NCBI GenBank assembly: GCA_965231155.1
Contig: OZ246418.1
Span: 42,266 to 106,265 of the forward strand
Reading direction: 5' to 3'
From: an uncultured Candidatus Saccharibacteria bacterium
Lineage (GTDB): Bacteria; Patescibacteriota; Minisyncoccia; UBA6257; 2-01-FULL-56-20
DNA: 64,000 nucleotides
Shown: one piece after another, positions 49,663 through 58,240 of the stretch
Numbering within the stretch: position 1 is the stretch's first letter
How the letters are laid out: each line of letters starts with the position of its first letter
Notes under the pieces: generated by a model
Seen by the model: only the letters and a program-made list of their open reading frames with translations
The model's database searches: none
Told to the model about the DNA's origin: nothing
Made by a program: the position numbers and the translations under genes

Positions 49663-50180
49663 AGGAAGATTTGGATGAGCGCTGAGACTATGATCAAGAG
49701 CGCGAAGGTAATGCTTACTCCTTGATACGGCAAGAACTTTCCCTTTCTTAAAGTGGTTACAAGTCGGCTCACGTACGGCGCGATCAGAATGATTACCGCA
49801 CCAATCGCCACCCCCACCAAGAAAAGATCGATGGTATAGGTATTATGAAATAACGTTCCATATTTTCCCCACCAACTGATGTAGAGCGGATCGTAATCCC
49901 GGATCAATGGCATGATGGGGATAATCGTGCCCAAGAAAATTAAAATGGAAAGGATACAATACTGCGCCGGAATATACTTTTTCTTTGGCAGCCCAGCAAG
50001 CCACATACCCAAGGCTAACGCGAACGCCCCAATCATGACGCCAACAATCACCGAAGAAATTCCCAGAGATACCGCGAGAACCGCGAGCACGCCGGCTCCA
50101 GCTGTACACAAGGGACAGTGGGCCAGAGCCAACTTAGGGAAAAACAACAACGATAGAGGTAGCCAAAGAAATTTCTTCAT
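49659..50180 (-). CDS. Membrane protein with HCPLC motif, in the copper operon
   Basis: Signal-like N-terminus, AHCPLC, multiple TM segments. Confidence 0.7.
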   Translation of the reverse strand: MKKFLWLPLSLLFFPKLALAHCPLCTAGAGVLAVLAVSLGISSVIVGVMIGAFALALGMWLAGLPKKKYIPAQYCILSILIFLGTIIPIMPLIRDYDPLYISWWGKYGTLFHNTYTIDLFLVGVAIGAVIILIAPYVSRLVTTLRKGKFLPYQGVSITFALLIIVSALIQIFL

Positions 50181-50182
50181 AG

Positions 50183-50674
50183 TTAGTATTTCATGAACTC
50201 ACCGATCGAACCGTCTTTTCCCAGGGCAAAGATAGTCCACTCTCCGGTTTTCTGACCAGGCATACCAGGTGATCCCGCAGGCATGCCGGGCAAAGCGATA
50301 CCCTTGATATCCGGCTTTTCGGTCAGTAGTTTATTAATGATCTCAAGCGGAATATGGCCTTCGATCACATAGTCTCCGATCACCGTCGTATGACAGCTCT
50401 GTAGATTGGCTGGAATACCATACTGGTTTTTGATCGGAGTAAGATCAGGAAGATTTTCTATTTTCACCGACAGGCCTTCGTGCTTCAGATATTCAGCGTA
50501 GACCTGACAACAGCCGCAGGTGGGAGTTTTGTAGACGGTCGCCTGAAGGGCTAATCCCACAGTACCAGTTTTTGGAGCCTCCTGACTATTCGTAAAGGTA
50601 CCGATAAGAACCAGACCGCCGATCACCACCACCGCTCCGAGAAACAAGATTTTGTTTGTAGCATATTTTTTCAT
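50183..50674 (-). CDS. DUF411 (CopG-like) metal-binding protein
   Basis: PTCGCC, SCHT, EGHIP, PGMPAGSPGM. Confidence 0.9.
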   Translation of the reverse strand: MKKYATNKILFLGAVVVIGGLVLIGTFTNSQEAPKTGTVGLALQATVYKTPTCGCCQVYAEYLKHEGLSVKIENLPDLTPIKNQYGIPANLQSCHTTVIGDYVIEGHIPLEIINKLLTEKPDIKGIALPGMPAGSPGMPGQKTGEWTIFALGKDGSIGEFMKY

Positions 50675-50687
50675 GAGTGAGTGATTT

Positions 50688-51290
50688 TTATTTGGACCAA
50701 GCCTTTTCCCAACTCCGCATCATCTCAATCTCTTTGGACTGCGAGGTGATAATCTGATCGGCCAATTCTTTCATCTCCGCCCGATCGGTTGTCGAGGCAA
50801 GCATCCGGGCCATCATCACCGCCATCTCGTGATGCGGAATCATCTGTCGGATAAACTCTAAGTCAAAATCTTTGGCGCTACTTAAAACATCTAAATCTCC
50901 ACTCATACTATCCATATGCATCATACCGCCACCCATCATACCCATACTTTGATTCGTTGCCGGAACCTGCGCGCCAAACCAATTCTCGTACCATCCTTTC
51001 ATACTCACGATCTCGCGCTGTTGTGCTTCAATAATTCCATTCGCCAAAGAAAGTATCTCCGGCCGTTTTGATTTTTTGAGCGCCAGTTCGGCCATCGCGA
51101 TCGCCCCGTCGTGATGCGGAATCATCTGCTCAATGAAATGCTGATCGATATTTCCCATCATTGATCCGCTTGAACCTCGATAGAAACCTCCCATCATTCC
51201 TCTCATTCCCCATCCACCGAAGAGCAGTGGCGTAAGAAGTACGCCGACTAACACTCCTCCTAAACCAACGATTATGTTTTCTTTTGTCAT
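50688..51290 (-). CDS. DUF305 (CopM-like) copper-binding protein
   Basis: Two MIPHH..A..MA repeats; Met-rich. Confidence 0.9.
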   Translation of the reverse strand: MTKENIIVGLGGVLVGVLLTPLLFGGWGMRGMMGGFYRGSSGSMMGNIDQHFIEQMIPHHDGAIAMAELALKKSKRPEILSLANGIIEAQQREIVSMKGWYENWFGAQVPATNQSMGMMGGGMMHMDSMSGDLDVLSSAKDFDLEFIRQMIPHHEMAVMMARMLASTTDRAEMKELADQIITSQSKEIEMMRSWEKAWSK

Positions 51291-51301
51291 GTTTTTATTA
51301 T

Positions 51302-53287
51302 TTATAAAGTTTTCTGTCGCAGTAGCACAGCATTCACCGCCACAATTACTGTGGAGAGGGACATGAGTGCTGCTGCTAATGCTGGCTCAAGAAACAATCC
51401 CCACGTCGCGAATACTCCAGCAGCTAACGGAATGGCAATCACGTTGTACCCCGTAGCCCAGAAAAGATTCTGGATCATCTTCCGATAGGTCAGACGAGAA
51501 AGTTTGATGATCTTCACAATGTCTCTCGGATCATTTCTGACGAGAATTATTCCCGCTGATTCAATGGCCACATTCGTTCCTGCGCCAATTGCTATCCCCA
51601 AGTCTGCTTGTGTGAGCGCCGGAGCGTCATTGATCCCATCCCCCACCATAGCGACCTTTTTGCCCTGTTCTTGAAGCAGTTTCACTTTTTCCGATTTATC
51701 TTTCGGCATAACGCGGGCAAAGTAGTCATCAAGGTTCAATTCTTTGGCCACCCAGCGAGCGACATCCTCAGCATCTCCCGTAATCATCATCACCTTTACT
51801 CCTGTGCTCTGAAGGTCACGGACCGCATCCCGGGATTCTTCGCGAATAATATCGGCGAGAGCGATAGCACCAACAAGCGCATCATTTTGGATAACATACA
51901 CAACAGTTTTTCCTTCTTCGGAAAGCGTGGCGACTTTCCGCTTGAACTCCTCTCCTCCTGCAATATGCTTACCTAGAATCAACGACTCGCTCCCCACCAC
52001 TACTTTATTTCCGCCGACTGTCGCGGCCGATCCCTGTCCGGGTAAACGAGTAAATTCTTCGATTCGCGGCAAAGAAATGTTTCTCTTCTCGGCTTCGCGA
52101 ATGATTGACTTGGCGATGGGATGCTCCGACTGGCTATCAACGGCGGCGGCCAAAGCGAGAACTTCTTCCTCGCTCTTGCTTTCTGCGGGAATGATATTAG
52201 AAACTCCGAACTCACCGCGAGTGAGCGTTCCTGTCTTATCGAATAGAACCGTATCAATATTTCTGGCCGCTTCGAGCGCCAAACGTTGCTTTACCAAAAA
52301 TCCATTCTGAGCAGCTTTCGTTGTAGATATAGAAGCCACTAACGGAATGGCCAAACCAAGTGCATGGGGACAAGCGATGACCAAAACCGCGACCATCCGC
52401 TCGATCGCAAACGAAGGCTCGGCAAAGAAAAGCCAAGCAATTAAAGTAGCTAAGCCGGTCGCGATAGCAATGATCGTGAGGTAATATGCGGCTCTATCTG
52501 AAAGTATCTGCAAGCGAGACTTCGAGGCTTGAGCTTCGGAAACAAGCCGCATCACTCCAGCTAAAAATGTATGCTCACCAATTTTATTTATTTTAACGGT
52601 GAGGGAGCCATCACCATTTACTGTTCCAGCGATTACCTCATCTCCTTCTTTTTTAGAGACTGGCTTTGATTCTCCGGTCGCTACTGACTCGTTTACTTCG
52701 GAGGTTCCTTCTAGGACCATACCATCAGCAGGAATTGTGCTTCCAGGTCGGACCAAAACCATATCTCCTTCCTTGAGTTGATCGAGAGGAATCACCACTG
52801 TCTTACCATCACGAATAACCTCGGCTTGATCCGGCAGAAGTTTAGAAAGCTCCTTCAAAGCACCTTGAGCACCGGAGACTGCTCGCATTTCGATCCAGTG
52901 TCCAAGAAGCATGATCGTAATCAGAGTTGCTAGTTCCCAGAAAAGAGTATGCGATTCTCCTCTTAAGAAAATGTAAAGACTATAGATATATGCTACCGAA
53001 ATCGCGAGAGAAATCAGGGTCATCATTCCCGGCAGTTTGGCCTTGATTTCGTTCTGGGCGCTTTTTATAAATACCCACCCTCCATACAAGAAGATGATTG
53101 AAGAAAGTATCGGAGAAATAAACTGCCACCCAGGAAACAAAGGTGGTTGCCAGTTAAAAAGCATCGGGACGATATCCGAGTAAAGTAATACCGGAATCGT
53201 TAATACAAAAGATACGAGGAATTTCTTTTTGAAGGCTTCCGTATGATGCCCAGCGTGCTTATTGAACTTATGTATATTGTGGTCCAT
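51302..53287 (-). CDS. copB: Copper-translocating P1B-type ATPase (CopB-like)
   Basis: TGES, CPHALGLA, DKTGT, SEHP, GDGINDAP, YN, MSLST. Confidence 0.92.
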   Translation of the reverse strand: MDHNIHKFNKHAGHHTEAFKKKFLVSFVLTIPVLLYSDIVPMLFNWQPPLFPGWQFISPILSSIIFLYGGWVFIKSAQNEIKAKLPGMMTLISLAISVAYIYSLYIFLRGESHTLFWELATLITIMLLGHWIEMRAVSGAQGALKELSKLLPDQAEVIRDGKTVVIPLDQLKEGDMVLVRPGSTIPADGMVLEGTSEVNESVATGESKPVSKKEGDEVIAGTVNGDGSLTVKINKIGEHTFLAGVMRLVSEAQASKSRLQILSDRAAYYLTIIAIATGLATLIAWLFFAEPSFAIERMVAVLVIACPHALGLAIPLVASISTTKAAQNGFLVKQRLALEAARNIDTVLFDKTGTLTRGEFGVSNIIPAESKSEEEVLALAAAVDSQSEHPIAKSIIREAEKRNISLPRIEEFTRLPGQGSAATVGGNKVVVGSESLILGKHIAGGEEFKRKVATLSEEGKTVVYVIQNDALVGAIALADIIREESRDAVRDLQSTGVKVMMITGDAEDVARWVAKELNLDDYFARVMPKDKSEKVKLLQEQGKKVAMVGDGINDAPALTQADLGIAIGAGTNVAIESAGIILVRNDPRDIVKIIKLSRLTYRKMIQNLFWATGYNVIAIPLAAGVFATWGLFLEPALAAALMSLSTVIVAVNAVLLRQKTL

Positions 53288-53299
53288 AGATCTAAAAAT

Positions 53300-53569
53300 T
53301 TATTTCTTCTTTGATCGTTTATAGACGGTCATAATCTCCTTCATAGCCTGTGCCTCCTTACCACTCTTCATCTGCTCAACCACATGAGTCGTGAGGTGAT
53401 TTTCTAATAAAAGATCTTCGACACTCGATAAGGCCTCTTTGATCGCCGAAGACTGAGTGATGATGTCTATGCAATATTTCTCCTCATCGACCATGCGCTC
53501 CAATCCCCGTACCTGTCCCTCGATCCGATGCAACCGAGAAGTTAATTTATTTTTAATGTCTTTTCTCAT
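53300..53569 (-). CDS. csoR: CsoR/RcnR-family metal-sensing repressor
   Basis: RL.RIEGQVRG...C.DII.Q...ENHL..H. Confidence 0.9.
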   Translation of the reverse strand: MRKDIKNKLTSRLHRIEGQVRGLERMVDEEKYCIDIITQSSAIKEALSSVEDLLLENHLTTHVVEQMKSGKEAQAMKEIMTVYKRSKKK

Positions 53570-53574
53570 AACCC

Positions 53575-53599
53575 CATTATACCCCCCTAGGGTATAATG
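53575..53599. promoter_or_regulatory. CsoR operator overlapping the -10 box
   Basis: CATTATACCC-CCCTA-GGGTATAATG inverted repeat with a G/C tract, typical of CsoR operators; contains TATAAT on both strands. Confidence 0.85.
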
Positions 53600-53612
53600 T
53601 CAACATCCTGTT

Positions 53613-53766
53613 AAAACTGTCTCATTTGTCTCATTTAGCCCTAGACCGAGACGGGTCAGTTATTACCCTATTCTGACCCCCAAAGAACCCTTATACTGAT
53701 TGAAAGTTCCTGGTACTAGACCGAGGAACACAGCCACCTTGAGATAGGTTCCTCGGGTCCGAGGAG
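53613..53766 (+). repeat. Long repeat copy 1 (leader + unit alpha/gamma + tail)
   Basis: Near-direct repeat of 59285-59466; cores at 53644, 53719 and 53757. Confidence 0.85.
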
Positions 53767-53776
53767 CATTAAAGAT

Positions 53777-54439
53777 ATGTTTGAATGGCTAAAAGATAAA
53801 ACAATCGGAAAGTTCAGGCGCTGGAAGTCTCGACTATTTCTACGTATTATCGGAGAACTACATAAAGAACGCATGCGCGAACGCTTAAAAGACGTCCCCG
53901 CAGAACTGAAAGAGTATCATGCCAGAGAGACCATAATGAATGGAAATAGCACCGCACTGCATAATCTTTATAGAAAGGCCAAAGATAGCAAAAAGTTTCA
54001 GGAGGCATTTTTGTATTTTTTCTATGAGTTTGAAATAAATCTTAAGCATATGATCATGTCCGAGATGATGGTTGCAAACAGCATGGAGGCACTCAAACGT
54101 GACGAGAATAATCATTTCCCCATATATTCGGAAGATGAGGTATTAAAAATTCAAAAAATTGGACATATTTCCACTCTGATAGAAAAATTTTCCTCCGTTC
54201 ATGGTGATGAGATTGAAGATAGCTTAAAGGCCATCAACGACGCAAGAAATTTCATCATTCACAACATGCTAAAGGAGGAAATGAACGAAGGGCAGATTGA
54301 AAAATCATTTGAATACTTCTTCGTAGCCACCAATGGTCACATCAATAAAGCTTATAGATTTTTTGATAAAACGCTCGAAGAAAGACCCGAAAAAATACTG
54401 GCTACAGTGAAAAAGATTGCAGTAGAGAAGATACGCTAG
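53777..54439 (+). CDS. Hypothetical helical protein with RxxxxH (HEPN-like) motif
   Basis: E..LK...ARNFIIH. Confidence 0.6.
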   Translation: MFEWLKDKTIGKFRRWKSRLFLRIIGELHKERMRERLKDVPAELKEYHARETIMNGNSTALHNLYRKAKDSKKFQEAFLYFFYEFEINLKHMIMSEMMVANSMEALKRDENNHFPIYSEDEVLKIQKIGHISTLIEKFSSVHGDEIEDSLKAINDARNFIIHNMLKEEMNEGQIEKSFEYFFVATNGHINKAYRFFDKTLEERPEKILATVKKIAVEKIR

Positions 54440-54445
54440 AATTCC

Positions 54446-54458
54446 GTCCGAGGAGCAT
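54446..54458 (+). repeat. Isolated core repeat between two genes
   Basis: GTCCGAGGAGCAT, identical to 53757-53769. Confidence 0.75.
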
Positions 54459-54463
54459 CAGAA

Positions 54464-54823
54464 ATGGAAGATTCAATATCATTGCAACTCGCAAAACAGT
54501 ATCTCGGAAAAGAGGTTGAGGTGACTATGGACCGACCGCTTGGAACTAAACATCCCAAGCATGGCTTTATATATGAAGCGAACTACGGTTTTATTGAAGG
54601 AGTAGAAGCTCCTGACGGAGAAGATCTGGACGCCTACTACCTGGGAGTGCAAACACCTCTTCAACAAGCAAAAGGAGTTTGTATTGCAATAGCCCATCGC
54701 AGAGACAATGACGACGACAAACTGATTGTCGTTCCCAAAGGAACTAAATTAACAGATGAGCAGATTATGCTTGCAATCCATTTCCAAGAGCAGTGGTTTG
54801 ATACAGGAATCGTTAGAAAATGA
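54464..54823 (+). CDS. Short inorganic pyrophosphatase-family protein
   Basis: DRPLG..HP...Y..NYGF......DGE.LDAY, D.DDKL. Confidence 0.85.
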   Translation: MEDSISLQLAKQYLGKEVEVTMDRPLGTKHPKHGFIYEANYGFIEGVEAPDGEDLDAYYLGVQTPLQQAKGVCIAIAHRRDNDDDKLIVVPKGTKLTDEQIMLAIHFQEQWFDTGIVRK

Positions 54824-54826
54824 CCC

Positions 54827-54915
54827 GTCCGAGGAGGGTCAAAAGGTAAGATAAAGAAACTTAAGAAAAGCCTCTGGTGGTCTCACTTTTTAAATATCCG
54901 AGACCGAGGAGGCCA
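54827..54915 (+). repeat. 75-bp unit, beta/delta type
   Basis: Cores at 54827 and 54902; contains CCTCTGGTGGTCTCACTTTTTAAATATCCGAGACCGAGGAG. Confidence 0.85.
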
Positions 54916-54922
54916 GACGGCC

Positions 54923-55558
54923 ATGGGCCTTGAACAACGTAATAACGGAAGCGATATACTTAAGCTAATGGAACCAGAAATTAAACTTGTAGTCGAAGAA
55001 TCATTAACAAAAGTAAAGCGCATTTTCAACGTGGAAGATGTTTCAGCTCAAGTCGAAGAAGATCCCTCCCAGGTGATTCCTGAAACCGGCGCAGGCGGCT
55101 CCACTCCCGACTCACATACCATCTGCGTCTATTACGACTCCAACAATAAAAATCTTAGGAAAAATTTTCGGGAGGAAATCAAGAGCACGGTAACGCATGA
55201 ATTCCACCATGCAATCAGGAATAGGACCTACAACTGGAAGGAAGATACACTGCTTGGCGCGATAATCAGCGAAGGACTTGCCGATCACTTTGATATAGAA
55301 GTAAACAGTGGAAAACCAAAACCTTGGTCTGTTGCCCTAACTGATACTGAGCTAGAAAGAGTTGAAGAAATTGCTACCCCTGAATTGAATAGTCGCGAAT
55401 ACAACCACGCGGATTGGTTCTTCGGTTCGAAAAAAAGAAATATTCCCAGATGGGCAGGGTATGCGATGGGTTTTAAACTTGTGGGCGAATACCTGAAAAA
55501 GACCGGCAAGAAAGCTTCTGCGTTAGTTGCCGAACCTGCGAGATCTTTCTTTGACTAG
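54923..55558 (+). CDS. DUF2268-like Zn-dependent protease
   Basis: HEFHH, EGLA..F, PW, WFFG...P.W.GY..G. Confidence 0.85.
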   Translation: MGLEQRNNGSDILKLMEPEIKLVVEESLTKVKRIFNVEDVSAQVEEDPSQVIPETGAGGSTPDSHTICVYYDSNNKNLRKNFREEIKSTVTHEFHHAIRNRTYNWKEDTLLGAIISEGLADHFDIEVNSGKPKPWSVALTDTELERVEEIATPELNSREYNHADWFFGSKKRNIPRWAGYAMGFKLVGEYLKKTGKKASALVAEPARSFFD

Positions 55559-55559
55559 T

Positions 55560-55690
55560 GCTCGAGATGGATTGGAACGGTAGCATAAAGAAACCTCAGA
55601 AAAACCTCTGGTGGTCTCACTTTTAAAATATCCGAGATCGAGGAGGCCAGCACGAGTCAGCGCGGTATCGTATGAGACCGAGACGGATCA
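55560..55690 (+). repeat. 76-bp unit, beta/delta type, plus an extra core
   Basis: Cores GCTCGAG (55560), GATCGAG (55636) and GACCGAG (55676). Confidence 0.8.
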
Positions 55691-55727
55691 TATTTTGCTA
55701 ATTCTTGAAAAAGATTAGAATGGGAGC

Positions 55728-56156
55728 ATGTCTCAGGATTTGCCACAAAAAGAATTGATAATCGCCGTAGTGGAAAAAGACAGCGCTTTATTAATGCGAA
55801 AAAAGCCAGCTGGATCTCCTCCGTATGTAGAAACCTGGTATTCGCTGGGATGCGATCGAATTCCCGGCCAGGATGATCCAACCACTATAAAGAATTATTT
55901 GAAATCAGAAGTTGGCATCGACGTTGAAGTTGATCCTAAATCGATTCCCTTTGGAACTGAAATTAAAGAAGATCACGATGGCATTACCAAGAATTTTATC
56001 TACGTTAACCTCCTTTGTCATTATCTCGGCGGCACACCCAAGATACCCAAAGGCGCTGAAAAAATTGAATGGCTACCAAAAAATAGTTTGGGATCATTTG
56101 ATATCGTACCACCCTCAATAAATCTTTTTAAATCTCTTGGGTATCTAAATTCTTAA
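55728..56156 (+). CDS. NUDIX-fold protein with a degenerate Nudix box
   Basis: LLM.K......W...G......SEVGI.V and IEW.P...L....I.PP pattern. Confidence 0.6.
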   Translation: MSQDLPQKELIIAVVEKDSALLMRKKPAGSPPYVETWYSLGCDRIPGQDDPTTIKNYLKSEVGIDVEVDPKSIPFGTEIKEDHDGITKNFIYVNLLCHYLGGTPKIPKGAEKIEWLPKNSLGSFDIVPPSINLFKSLGYLNS

Positions 56157-56157
56157 A

Positions 56158-56688
56158 ATGCGCAAAAGAAATCTTGGGAAGCTTGAACAATACGATTATA
56201 TCGATGACGAATTTATTGGAGAAACCAGCCCTGATTATATCGAAGCTATCGGCCTATTTGTGCTTGAATTTAGCGCTCTGGAACATGAAATAAATTTACG
56301 AATTGCAGATCAAATTAACGATAGAGCACACTTTCAAGGATATCAGGTCATTGAACTTTTATCCTCAAAAGATAAGATTGATTTATTTTCGAGATGGGTT
56401 GGCGCTTATATGGTCATGGGCAATAGTAAAAAGAAAACTCGATTTAATCGCCTCGTTCAAAAGCTTCGAGAATTAAATGCATTTCGAAATAAAGTTCTGC
56501 ATGCCAATTGGATGTCTGCGGCTAAGGATGGCACAGTTAGAACTCGTATCGTCATCAACGAGGGAGAAGGCGCTGTTCGCTTCGAGAGAACAAAAATCAC
56601 TCCAACATTAATTAATAAAAAATCGGAAGAATGCTCCAGGGCGAGAGATGAGCTCGATGAGATTATGGAGGGAGCTTATAACAGCTAG
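56158..56688 (+). CDS. Hypothetical helical protein with RxxxxH (HEPN-like) motif
   Basis: AIG.FV..FS.LE...K...RNKVLHANW. Confidence 0.65.
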   Translation: MRKRNLGKLEQYDYIDDEFIGETSPDYIEAIGLFVLEFSALEHEINLRIADQINDRAHFQGYQVIELLSSKDKIDLFSRWVGAYMVMGNSKKKTRFNRLVQKLRELNAFRNKVLHANWMSAAKDGTVRTRIVINEGEGAVRFERTKITPTLINKKSEECSRARDELDEIMEGAYNS

Positions 56689-56773
56689 ACCGAGACGGGT
56701 CAGTTACTCCCCTACTACGACCCTCAGAAAACCCTTTGGTGGTCTCACTTTTTAAATATCCGAGACCGAGGAG
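56688..56773 (+). repeat. 76-bp unit, alpha/delta hybrid
   Basis: Cores at 56688 and 56764; left half like 53644, right half like 54827 and 55560. Confidence 0.85.
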
Positions 56774-56877
56774 TCCCATTATAAAAAACGGCGTATTCAG
56801 GTTTTGAATGACTAGACTTAATGTCATTTATATCTCATAATTTCCCCAGCTTTTCCAAAACCTTAGGGAGGACACTC

Positions 56878-58188
56878 ATGGCACAAGAAAACACTGCGGT
56901 TCAAGACGCTGGAGCTTCCCCAATGGAAGCGGATCTTCGAAACATTCCCATTGATCTCATCGATCCAGATCCTCGTCAACCCCGCACCGACTTCGACGAA
57001 GAAGCCCTAAATGCGCTGGCCGAGAACATAGAGGCAGTAGGGGGCTTACTCCAAACCGTTGTAGTTCGTCCATCACCTACTGATCCGGGTCGCTTCATGC
57101 TGATCGGTGGCGAACGGCGATACCGTGCTTCGAAAAAAGCCGGGTCAAGCACTCTTCCTTGCATCGTCCGGCAGGGCGATAGGATTCCCTTCGTCATGTC
57201 TATGGTTGAGAACATGCTCCGGGCAAGTCTCAACCCCATCGAAGAGGCGCGCGCCTTTAGACGATGCCACGACGAGTATGGGATGTCGTATCACGAGATT
57301 GACCGAACTTTCAAATTCAAACGAAAGAAATCGGAAAACGTGGTGCGCCTTCTGGAACTGCCGGAAGAAATTCAGCAAATGGTGGAGAACGGCACATTGC
57401 CGCCAAGCTATGCGCTGGGTTTACATCAGTACGCTGAAACCCGAGACGTCGTCGCCATGGCCTACGCCCTTGCCGATGGACGTGATCCCGGGGTTGTCTT
57501 GCCAAAACGGAAGACAAAATATGTTAAAGGTGAGCCGAAACCAACGGAGTTTCGAGAGTATTTCCTGTTAGCCAAACAGAGTGATCGTGTGAGAAGACTC
57601 GCCGATGCACTTCTGGCACACGACACAGGGATACAGCGTCGGGCGTGGATGAAGAACTCACGCACGAGCAGAACGAACCTTCAACTCAATCTTCGTGCCA
57701 TGGCAATTGCCTTCGGGCAAATGACTGCTCGACTCGAAGATCTCGAGAAACCATCAACAGTAACGTTCTCGCCTGCGTCAGAAGCCAAGTCGAGCCCTCT
57801 TACTCGGCCGACAACTCCGCCCAAGAAACCGACGCAGGAAAAATGGTTACCTCTCCCGGACGAAAGCACCTTCGAAAAAATCGCTGGAGTAATTCGATTG
57901 GTCTCCTTTGATCGCAGGGGAGGTAGACTTGCCTACCTGAGCGAAGAACGTCTCAAGCGGAAGGGATGCTCACCGGAACTCCTCCTCGAAGCCTTACGAG
58001 TTTTTCGAGATCAGTGGAATCGAGAACCGGCCACAGGGAATACTCAGGTAGAACGAGAATTCCTGGGGTTTCTCAAGGGAACTCGCGAAAATTCCGGGTG
58101 TAACCAGTTTTTCAGTTTTATCGGAAAACTCAGAGATCTAGATACCTCCGAAGATCCAGTTCCTCTGAGCCCCCTATCAGACGACTAA
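56878..58188 (+). CDS. ParB/Spo0J-family protein with a long unknown C-terminus
   Basis: QPRTDFD, GLLQ..VVR, GERRYRA, EN..R..LNPIEEA; GGGAGG Shine-Dalgarno. Confidence 0.85.
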   Translation: MAQENTAVQDAGASPMEADLRNIPIDLIDPDPRQPRTDFDEEALNALAENIEAVGGLLQTVVVRPSPTDPGRFMLIGGERRYRASKKAGSSTLPCIVRQGDRIPFVMSMVENMLRASLNPIEEARAFRRCHDEYGMSYHEIDRTFKFKRKKSENVVRLLELPEEIQQMVENGTLPPSYALGLHQYAETRDVVAMAYALADGRDPGVVLPKRKTKYVKGEPKPTEFREYFLLAKQSDRVRRLADALLAHDTGIQRRAWMKNSRTSRTNLQLNLRAMAIAFGQMTARLEDLEKPSTVTFSPASEAKSSPLTRPTTPPKKPTQEKWLPLPDESTFEKIAGVIRLVSFDRRGGRLAYLSEERLKRKGCSPELLLEALRVFRDQWNREPATGNTQVEREFLGFLKGTRENSGCNQFFSFIGKLRDLDTSEDPVPLSPLSDD

Positions 58189-58211
58189 AACCCTCATCGT
58201 GAGGGTTTTTT
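58187..58211. terminator. Bidirectional intrinsic terminator
   Basis: AAAACCCTCA-TCG-TGAGGGTTTTTT between convergent genes. Confidence 0.85.
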
Positions 58212-58240
58212 ATTACTGAAAATAAAAATCCGTCATAAGG

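Noticed and set aside
54879-54905. Inward-facing BsaI sites (GGTCTC...GAGACC) as a synthetic cloning scar
   Set aside because: The three copies have diverged (one reads GAGATC) and sit within a larger repeat family, which fits a natural hairpin.
53644-56773. CRISPR array
   Set aside because: The shared core is only 7-10 nt, intervening sequences are related to each other rather than unique spacers, whole genes lie between units, and there are no cas genes.
54860-56773. Classical integron attC or Xer dif/pdif sites
   Set aside because: No RYYYAAC...GTTRRRY boxes, no 11-6-11 dif consensus, and no tyrosine recombinase in the window.
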